From NCBI GenBank assembly GCA_903858915.1, contig CAIOKL010000278.1, forward strand, positions 1 through 38,811: a DNA stretch of 38,811 nt. Direction: 5' to 3'. Source of the DNA: an uncultured Alphaproteobacteria bacterium. Its GTDB lineage: Bacteria; Pseudomonadota; Alphaproteobacteria; Rickettsiales; UBA1997. Position 1 is the first letter of the stretch, and every line of letters begins with the position of its first letter. Under the pieces are notes generated by a model. It was not told the DNA's origin. It saw only the letters and a program-made list of their open reading frames with translations, and searched no databases. Positions 36,601 through 38,811 of the stretch are shown piece by piece. Position numbers and translations under genes: made by a program.

Positions 36601-37647
36601 AATACTGGAGAAGAAGCTATTTCGCAGTGTTTAAGTGGATTTGACAAACAAACGACCGATAGTTATTTAACTGATGGCTCTTCTACATATGAACCGCCTA
36701 AATATAAATGTTTGATGAATAGCAATAATGTGGATCAAACATATTTTGCAGAAGTGAGCGACTCATCAAGAAGGGCATGTGTTAAATATTGCGCCGTTAA
36801 TGATATTGCAGGATCATCTGTTTCTACTGAGAGTAAGAGAGGTATTAAAGTTAGAGCTGGTGGAACAATAGAATTAGAATGCGCTGCAGATTACCTTCCT
36901 CCCATATTGGCAGATGGGACTAGGTCAAATTTAAAGCCATATGCGACTTGCATTAGCGATTATACTGGAACTGTTCTTTGGGCAACGAGTAGTTCTGAAA
37001 CCACAATTGAAAATAAGTGTACATTTGCCAGATCTTGTTATGAATCGAGTTTAACTAAAGATGTTGGTTCTTATACGCGCCAAGCAACTTGGGTAGCAAC
37101 TTGTTGGAAAAGTTCTGCTGACTATTCTGATAAAAGCAACTATTATGATTATAAACAATTCCAGATTGATAATAAAAGTTCACCTTGTCCCGATTCAACA
37201 TATAATTATAAATCTCATGAGCATTATAATGATGAAAATAAGAGTGACTGGTTCCCAGCTAAAAAATTTATTGAATCAAAACATCGATCGGGTTTTGGTA
37301 GTGGTCTAACCCATCCTTTTGTCACCACCGACAGCCAGCATAAAAAATATGGAAAATGTGGATATTGCAAATATGGGGTTGGTTTGTCTTGGTTAGCGGG
37401 TAATGCTCAATGGAATTATGTAAGAAGGTATTTGCAATCATACTCATGTTATGATGGTGCTTGGAGTTTTAATTGGAACAATGTTGATACATCAGAGCGA
37501 AATGCTTGCGATGGCGACAATTGGGATCATCGTGGTTTTTTTGGAGAGAATGGAGAAAATCATCCATCTGAATCGTATCTTGGTGAATGCAAAGGGGACA
37601 GTCAAACTGATACTTTTAATAATTTTAATAACCTTCAAGATTATTAG
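21655..37647 (+). CDS. Giant (5330 aa) membrane-anchored Cys-rich repeat protein with Sushi/CCP-like, EGF-like, SUEL-lectin-like and polyglycine domains; putative surface adhesin or lectin
   Basis: Single uninterrupted frame of 15,993 nt. ATG at 21655 overlaps the murD stop by 11 nt. One N-terminal hydrophobic helix. Periodic cysteine spacing is maintained through the repeat array, which argues for real coding under selection. All other-frame ORFs inside are short shadows. Confidence 0.9.
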   Translation: MIFKKIYTFLNSYFNGNKLSKALWTLIFIFTLAFSGVLFFTVKSIARTAAQQEAIAELASQGIIYGETEWEAEERERLAAENARIAQAASSLTLTNMNTAPTVSYVSSGFSVDKVNEFHILYQKQGLLDNKIYTSYLPPKDTFNKDTGTEHTLDPCLYLGQSGLKMIGRDCMIKIPFDCGSPPNQITAKPGENCLSYSAVFNTISGGKKLDPKNCSGVGAVDKTNCLSTQRPYCHLTQNPILGINCRLAPCNLIPNHQYRRPGVNCLADCNDISGIHISEAQFFMEGFNCLSSCRTSTPKSIGANCVLEFNDYVMPLCTVIDANTKHFNLTTDQTRREGCLDVIDLPLCVGGGDQELQNCVKECNAVTSGSHNKNCVNFDQLSSAKYNGYVNKKCHSYFDITSLGANPNCTKIECDKLSITELARSLNIFDVTENRKYCTLAKYTNFSIAQFYAINSIEPSKAYLREYALADKPCYSRGDTEEIETILSSAFFGSFGNTKIAYLKAHAKSKYSIENITVSDEQVTKGHADFVSDYIYAPESMCHVDNASQMISCENYKRSEIPTAPYDCNAKSFCANCPQTITGICSQESDQYCYKNGINCNSSINQIYPVCSRTLVAESRPTSDEYVSWFFRPNVPGDAIKTNNTNTTTSLAAMSGYPTESVTTNNPNETIYMNIDNMKANGYGADFLGFGVSRRITPPSQGMDMGIPGVGAGYICGMGGNYRGVPNNDSAYFRGEVQTNYEMDGKVSHAVDVCIRYASGSNALQSCGYRDCHSSCAFGICTKICGIDVCRTLKIVEGPNVPIQNCGSNDYNFRNGNGAECVKTYQTSLDAVSENTRVRIYKPDASNYICAVLEFHGITTDLQTNPFFNGTEYFSVPDQNNKGEARKICVSGTYVKSSDSCVNGIDSNGDKANSNTWRTSKIIKYIMEPSVDNYIDQYGIGPVDLSSKHTDPETKKEVNQTIGRVNFNVKRYFETSDCIKHKQRIGAPVYHSVATIINSERLFLPSIIIEKKCKIASLGTECENVDETDFFKPAILILYGGKDVSSSILSDDPSTLNTNYKILKIDATENVSADYIIKAANFGISGIDVSQRVFIKKEFSASQPKLCLYKKTPMGTNPETYKEDIIQCVNRKRATRGLIQPAVVVPAHTNLSFQTGFLKNEGASHNSIIGELPKQEFQFINMTTNIRNKEDLKKCIDITSQGFPICIQREECSLLNNECVENEKALIIEKNSANPQIGIIQQKELTSNYCKKELLAKCNSKKGYALTASNQTLNTSTTQGVGFNAENNPAYHGWFNEFCIVSGIEKLDDPASKVYVLTQINTDGQLGSCIKDNNCATCNDLRCLKASCCAILDATLLSSASARLATSHELGLCYNLDSYLRTCSAISYGKNSDISDPFFIGESYLTNPHQSHIDRFNSSPYRSFNAEYEVAYAGTSSVKGKCVGFYKNAISDTDPTANCNANGEWEGFTESSCTMYTCPTKKLPLGNGGADLNGAYPSDYDASGVQLSSKRGVIDGYANWESLKKTTIQKQQATATSCIVGFAKKNASFNSSQISLAEVSPSVLLSSFNNYKATLNPEDQKAILSLFSKINGYSGGSSPTRNCNQLGSWESVTDSCERITCPPIKFTESADAGAFNLNDYDLTVADSSGQKIIYSINSPYGSSSGDLPTKAKFLTSVAINAPAYLSVTNSMDAYKFLIKDSDGVNNASIDRNKVYVVEISAGSWKIIPNQNDDVLKILWQKSGGASFDKGYALRSNLFDYEPTDDPNDKHRVIGTCNEKMGFKSLSQESRPQLTCDSSGNWVNLSNPCVTDCGAISDPVARNAIHGFSRWLKSTAVVGQSKIETSSGCSAGGYQPYPYTPLFDEEGTKKDFGIGANDREFITSDNFDAITVSNDGANFIAQAGTGENLTPSVNNIDGIYYNLKIQTSVSDVQTSAFSSTQAGVQTVFYLFDSAQRLSMSPPSNAVWSKINFSSFGTPDYSIKGNVVENASCRSPYSKLIFANKCIGKTNCSVGLSDFTNYDSTNTCNQTNPGNGVNGEQNDTVISYGSGGGGGGGNNAGAGGAPTSSININGISGSSYYDKAFHVTPPILSNALNNGVKVDLKVADTGQFIGKNGSVKIIESTTSSFSAPRESNYTSPGENTHTVTAGSSGQNIYIKYEMSGAGGGGGGPGLNQGTDGASGTKMTNGVFVVKNGTILKIYVGGGGGAGKTKCITPSGGGAFLDPKLFQPNNNIFAYKKPESNFLVKALRGIGSMFISEGWAAAQLSCYFYNNVWSDGYSPILVNQLVNTGSYSALKLKCYGSLSFCICSTFTCLNNIENTTTYNTQIDPSDTPISLRCKDGYRNNGEGPKLTCKRNLTNPSIKDEIPTGSCIANECYLDSWTGFSHGTNIVEGAGALNCSPGYTASTSPAPGYYCGADGLNQGIRATQVGSCTLNSCTLSGSAYSNAGSVSGSGAINCNSGYTASTSPAPTYVCNTNSGPATVSGSCTPNSCTLSGSAYSNAGSVSGSGAISCNSGYTASTSPSPTYVCNTNSGPATVSGSCTPNSCTLSGNAFSNAGSVSGSGAISCNSGYTASTSPSPSYYCATNNSASDATILGSCTLITCSSNAITGFSSKTINYTTAVTSDVACDSGYSGTVSYGPCTTQDASLTVNGTCTANQPCSIPAGNGHGALEIAPTGSRSGSITCNAGSGYTGLGDLAYSCGSSATPKYTGNCNCAAGYSREETNIANSACNPIFCIAAIPPGVTQTADTIKISKFASFTTNNVNFNVIYLDIRQFNTENFNNANKITKIILNNYLLNVTFRASDRYNVMYNVSNNAIVDLINLSAIKLSTIDSGYYYYNLSTNDSTAFIFGKSLNSGDTSLSCDKTGYLGSVNYNCTTSGFLFALGAATNATDKNSCPCDTAANNYTKLSDGTCAKIECTINSGTAGFVSGTKIPYNTSTSTKNCNDPLYNNSLTADFPACTSIANVTPIANGNGCQKISCSTTGKNVNVTDNTIYRKINSAGVDEEQTLTCDTGYSNGASTTISAKCLANMVNGVPTTGALSNIVGTCSAITCTAPLANGYSAKTGLPYTALIGAGTISCDTAGYSGNANYTCQTKDADVTITKTCDCATGYAKNGSGVCVKPCTISDGNGYLGKTINATDSRTGTITCGGTGYFTTSFVNYSCDDAGTPTIGGSCTCASGYANTSSDSACKAIKCQTSATGFKANTEISYSTSVANYFCNDPLYNNTVTTAFPACTVQGNFLSAIATDNYCLANKISCSTAGKNVNVADDKIYRIIDATGVDQAQSLLCATGYSNSGSANISATCIPEMFDRGGVLVPKTGSLAVTGTCNLITCSAPPITTGISKNKGYNPLSYTALPYSAGENNSTIACSGPNYKGYAGYTCTAYNSFATITSKCACGDGYSENSYGDCVAIVCYADAAKGYLAKTGLNYSTGSGTIACDQTGYGGTVNYTCTANGKVGSVEVCGCATGYAKDANKDCVRITCDIPAGNGFNAGKIEYTTTQLNYSCNATGYRTDTTALFSCSDNGVSTTGKLGTGLNSCLRLTCDIDRGNGYSAKSGLYYSTTTNGYIASNGIYSSTGTGTIACDQTGYSTGTIRYICETHGHKATIVSGDSCACAPNYYKDTYGACVPMTCTSDTDPVVIEKTGAIETKDLPITTNGTIACETTAHTGTATYTCSEDTTRTPRVAKGIFTIVTPCACKTGYEEKEAVCTKINCGILASTSPGFVDTTAPYSAIKVNYFCNNPLYDNTVSVEFPACTTSAGINYTPNTATSPATNVCKKISCTIPADYHVTQTSIFASASSENLICATGYSNGSSTTISVNCSTVNAQRTNYDLTISSVPKSGSLNNKNGSCARLACTVPAGSNTTKDGTLVDFTGDTTTSLNCITGYAGSPTYTCKGTTTAVYASSGTPCAKITCTVPTGITGFDSGTTGIEFGTFDYYCNTEGFQTSTKANFSCTANSTNPTTSTVGTFSQISNSCARITCSADANKGYSAKTNLPYAKDVLGTIACATPNYQGNANYTCTTHGVTATITSACQCGTGYERNAYNYCVPITCNIPAGTGYTAHYSLDYTGAGVSRDFDCDTEGYYGKVSYICPGGGVRATYTDTCTRVKCNLPLSANSNIVPTMVSGSEYREVDYSATPREYTCGSGFRKTLDLNYAQLNPTYTCVKNTNLAQQSNPSTVAVQNACVEITCTDPYTNITYSFNGGQPQIFPCDTSRGLWGESELNCNEAGIVTKTKSCYTVKCLIPADKNTSRDGALVDFSVDFFGLDCKQGFYYENATRPKYKCIYTANEAVVNRGALTFEGTCQRITCTIPTEGINSLNSVLDSTSVNWNGADYITTSCREGFYQSNLALPPKYSCSGANPIGELRVMNPCAPVTCDLPERFGMLAKTNLEYGQGKTTSCNKSGYFGTVTYNCVTPITLGKGVTSVASSTCVEASCVASGNVVATFNTFVSSGSGGAGGIGGKISDPIAFLRGGNGGNSTTSRTSGSGGGGGSASMISIENRIIAIAGGGGGGAGGGGVENATNALTKISNTEDLNVRLIANVFGPYFIGEMQYSPINITPQKTTGILYNQASYPDPFSLTIPGGTFINDIFFASYGSPTIDFTAPESLILKYGTCNDSSSLTQSINQCSGKSSCIINTNSFSRCQSEASKKFGLVASYYYQEPTLQVINSAGLPAYSLKERYNNQTIPATNMSNGQVYTFLLNKEDNIWFKYPYLADEYLISEAVSGNKIKIKFHRTNTTFSPRLKINGISSTISKLDESGQPISLSVGYINPTKIYILTKYSDRWIIREYISQEVAGALPSGERVPPSRSCMTNKISSTGAVNVMWSLPNSSCINRCPGYNMRDNIGDDRIGVGATKHSTSAGEGIVYWSDTLPNNWSYKKFKSNVSSSDANGRKVFQETEDTLTPLNFRENRSGPYFALARFCNGDGSWNAPIPLCVYNNANSTNSAITPVLNGTSYISGESQSYLKVNTGEEAISQCLSGFDKQTTDSYLTDGSSTYEPPKYKCLMNSNNVDQTYFAEVSDSSRRACVKYCAVNDIAGSSVSTESKRGIKVRAGGTIELECAADYLPPILADGTRSNLKPYATCISDYTGTVLWATSSSETTIENKCTFARSCYESSLTKDVGSYTRQATWVATCWKSSADYSDKSNYYDYKQFQIDNKSSPCPDSTYNYKSHEHYNDENKSDWFPAKKFIESKHRSGFGSGLTHPFVTTDSQHKKYGKCGYCKYGVGLSWLAGNAQWNYVRRYLQSYSCYDGAWSFNWNNVDTSERNACDGDNWDHRGFFGENGENHPSESYLGECKGDSQTDTFNNFNNLQDY
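21718..21780 (+). other. N-terminal transmembrane helix / signal anchor of the giant protein
   Basis: Residues ~22-42 (ALWTLIFIFTLAFSGVLFFTV) preceded by basic residues (KK, K18, K21). No obvious AxA cleavage site follows immediately. Confidence 0.7.
27553..27735 (+). other. SUEL-type (rhamnose/galactose-binding) lectin-like domain 1
   Basis: WSKINFSSFGTPDY...CRSPYSKLIFANKCIGKTNCSVGLSDFTNYDSTNTC matches the I-x-F-A/S-S-F/Y-G-x-P ... C-x-G-K-x-x-C-x-V ... F...C pattern of Gal_Lectin/SUEL domains. Confidence 0.6.
27796..28320 (+). other. Polyglycine (ALK/LTK-type glycine-rich) domain 1
   Basis: GSGGGGGGGNNAGAGGAP ... YTSPGENTHTVTAGSSGQNIYIKYEMSGAGGGGGGPG..GTDGASG...NGTILKIYVGGGGGAGKT. Beta-strand / Gly-run alternation as in bacterial and phage glycine-rich-domain proteins. 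Encoded partly by (GGCGGT)n hexanucleotide runs. Confidence 0.55.
28945..29439 (+). repeat. Three near-identical in-frame 165-nt (55-aa) tandem repeats
   Basis: The GGATCTTGCACTC... unit restarts at 28945, 29110 and 29275 (exact 165-nt period) with only a handful of substitutions. Encodes GSCTxNSCTLSGSAYSNAGSVSGSGAI(N/S)CNSGYTASTSP(A/S)PTYVCNTNSGPATVS. Confidence 0.95.
30418..32121 (+). repeat. Higher-order (four-module) repeat, two full units of about 834 and 870 nt
   Basis: Unit starts at KIEC (30418) and AIKC (31252). Collinear landmarks are YxCNDPLYNN..FPACT, KISCSTxGKNVNVxDxxIYRxI..GVDxxQxLxCxTGYSN, then two Sushi-like+EGF-like pairs. The best DNA stretch is roughly 85-90% identical by eye. 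Confidence 0.8.
32814..33246 (+). repeat. Partial third copy (first two modules) of the higher-order repeat
   Basis: KINC...YFCNNPLYDNTVSVEFPACT...KKISCTIP...LICATGYSNGSSTTISVNC repeats the first two module types of the 30418/31252 units. Confidence 0.7.
34996..35250 (+). other. Polyglycine (glycine-rich) domain 2
   Basis: FVSSGSGGAGGIGGK...RGGNGGNS...SGSGGGGGSASMISIENRIIAIAGGGGGGAGGGG. Same strand / Gly-run alternation as domain 1. Confidence 0.55.
35437..35670 (+). other. SUEL-type lectin-like domain 2
   Basis: GGTFINDIFFASYGSPTIDF...KYGTCNDSSSLTQSINQCSGKSSCIINTNSFSRCQSEASKKFGLVASYYY closely follows the FASFG-x-P...G-x-C...C-x-G-K-x-S-C-x-(V/I)...F...C...K-x-L-x-V pattern of SUEL domains, for example at the C-terminus of plant beta-galactosidases. 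Confidence 0.65.
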
Positions 37648-37692
37648 CTAACCTTTATTTTTAAAAAATTAAATCAAAAAAAACAAAAACTT

Positions 37693-38175
37693 ATGAAAAA
37701 AATTGCGATAATAATGGGGAGTCAATCCGATTACGAAACCATGAAAAAATGTGAAGAAATTTTACAAGAATTTGCGGTTGAATTTGAAACCAAAATTGTA
37801 TCGGCACATCGCACGCCAAAGCGCCTTTACGAATTTTGTGAAAATGTTAAAAAAGACGGAATTAAATTGATTATCGCTGGAGCCGGAGGAGCGGCACACT
37901 TGCCGGGAATGGTGGCGTCGATGACCGAAATTCCAGTTCTCGGAGTGCCAATTAAAAGCAAATCTCTCGATGGTCTTGATTCTCTTTTGTCGATTGCGCA
38001 AATGCCGGCGGGCATTCCCGTTGCAACTTTGGCGATTGGCGAAGCTGGTGCTAAAAATTCGGCACTTTTAGCGATTGCAATTTTGGCAATGAATGACGAA
38101 AAGCTTGCAAAAAAACTTGTAGAATTTCGTAAAAAACAAACCGAAGCAGTTTCTTTGAGTCCTCAAAAAAGTTAA
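37693..38175 (+). CDS. purE: N5-carboxyaminoimidazole ribonucleotide mutase
   Basis: [15 protein letters not shown] and [13 protein letters not shown] motifs, 160 aa. No purK is adjacent. Confidence 0.94.
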   Translation: MKKIAIIMGSQSDYETMKKCEEILQEFAVEFETKIVSAHRTPKRLYEFCENVKKDGIKLIIAGAGGAAHLPGMVASMTEIPVLGVPIKSKSLDGLDSLLSIAQMPAGIPVATLAIGEAGAKNSALLAIAILAMNDEKLAKKLVEFRKKQTEAVSLSPQKS

Positions 38176-38238
38176 AAAAAATATCCCGAATATAAGAAAA
38201 ACTTTTTTAAAAAAGTTTAACTTATTTTTCTTAAAAAA

Positions 38239-38427
38239 ATGTTTACAATTTCGTCGCTAAAAAGCTTCATCGCGGGCTTTGTTTCAGTATCAACTCTTAC
38301 TTTTGTTAAGTTGAGAAAACACTCCTTCACAGAGGCAAAAATTGCACTTGAAAAAGATTTCATGACAATTACTCGCGACAAAAATCAAGCCAACTATAAA
38401 TTAAAAACAAAATATGAACGAACATAA
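38239..38427 (+). CDS. Hypothetical small protein (62 aa)
   Basis: ORF only. Hydrophobic N-terminus (SLKSFIAGFVSVSTLTFV). Overlaps the next ORF by 14 nt. No recognisable motif. Confidence 0.35.
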   Translation: MFTISSLKSFIAGFVSVSTLTFVKLRKHSFTEAKIALEKDFMTITRDKNQANYKLKTKYERT

Positions 38428-38785
38428 AAATAATCGTGATCACTTCGATTCTAGAAGTGAATTACCAATCGAGCGCAACGCTTTAATCGACCTCACAAAA
38501 AAAGAGCAAGATCATCGTCACAAACTTCAAGATAACCAACAAAAAGCCAATAATAGCTCATATTTTTTTGGTATGATTTTTGGTACAATTTATAATCTTG
38601 GTTTGCTTTACTTAATTTACGATCTTATCAATCAAGGCTACCGCGGATTGGCTCTAAAGCTTTTTATTATTAATGCTTTTTTAATTTTATCTTGCTTCGG
38701 ACTTCTAACTTTTAGTCGTAAACTTTCATTTAAAAAACCATTTAATAAAAATTACGACAATCATCGTCGAAATTTCAAAAAATAG
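38414..38785 (+). CDS. DUF2335-like small membrane protein
   Basis: 123 aa. Polar N-terminal region with KKEQDHRHKLQ (resembles the E-x-x-HRH motif I associate with DUF2335), followed by two hydrophobic helices (YFFGMIFGTIYNLGLLYLIY, LKLFIINAFLILSCFGLLTF). Confidence 0.55.
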   Translation: MNEHKNNRDHFDSRSELPIERNALIDLTKKEQDHRHKLQDNQQKANNSSYFFGMIFGTIYNLGLLYLIYDLINQGYRGLALKLFIINAFLILSCFGLLTFSRKLSFKKPFNKNYDNHRRNFKK

Positions 38786-38811
38786 TCGCAACATTTTTGC
38801 TTTTAAATGAT

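Noticed and set aside
37039-37647. Autotransporter or outer-membrane beta-barrel C-terminus (the protein ends in an aromatic residue, ...LQDY)
   Set aside because: The last ~200 aa contain multiple cysteines and lack the alternating hydrophobic beta-strand pattern of a barrel. A terminal Tyr alone is not evidence.
21655-37647. Giant gene as cargo of a genomic island or mobile element
   Set aside because: I could see no flanking tRNA, integrase, transposase, or direct repeats at the borders. The gene overlaps murD and is followed after 45 nt by purE. The slightly higher G+C by eye is explained by its Gly/Ala/Thr/Cys-rich amino-acid composition.
38199-38218. Perfect 20-nt palindrome AAACTTTTTTAAAAAAGTTT downstream of purE (possible terminator or operator)
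   Set aside because: It is almost entirely A/T with no loop, so the predicted hairpin would be very weak. It is probably a compositional accident.

Overview
AT-rich (roughly one-third G+C by eye), very gene-dense bacterial chromosome segment. Its housekeeping genes look alphaproteobacterial and free-living or streamlined: three-subunit PurLQS, 7Fe FdxA, CcmC, short-type Asd. Pelagibacterales-like is a guess I cannot verify. Genes sit in four long co-oriented runs with spacers of 0-25 nt or ATGA/TAATG-type overlaps. I saw no tRNA, rRNA, CRISPR array, transposase or integrase. Recognisable genes are lpxB, asd, argB, bioD, an orphan pilC/gspF-like gene, def, purN-purQ-purS-purC, hemF, tyrS, a pfkB-family kinase, murF-mraY, a cimA/leuA-family synthase, a HAD phosphatase, fdxA, ccmC, a secreted transglutaminase-like protein, a purL ORF covering only the N-terminal half, murD, purE, and two small ORFs (one DUF2335-like). 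The outstanding feature is one uninterrupted 15,993-nt ORF (21655..37647, 5330 aa, about 41% of the window) that overlaps the murD stop by 11 nt. It encodes a protein with a single N-terminal TM anchor. After the anchor come a Cys-rich region and Sushi/CCP-like modules with the canonical G-x-W...C ending. Next are a SUEL-type (rhamnose/galactose) lectin-like domain and an ALK/LTK-style polyglycine domain. About 30 tandem four-Cys Sushi-like modules follow, interleaved with EGF-type CxCxxGY hairpins. A second polyglycine domain and a second SUEL-like lectin follow in mirrored order, then more Sushi-like modules and a Trp/Tyr/Cys-rich C-terminus. The gene contains a near-identical 3 x 165-nt in-frame tandem repeat and an approximately 834-nt higher-order repeat. 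All family assignments come from motif recognition by eye, with no searches run. Several ORF-track starts are TTG/GTG extensions, and I moved them to better-supported ATGs.
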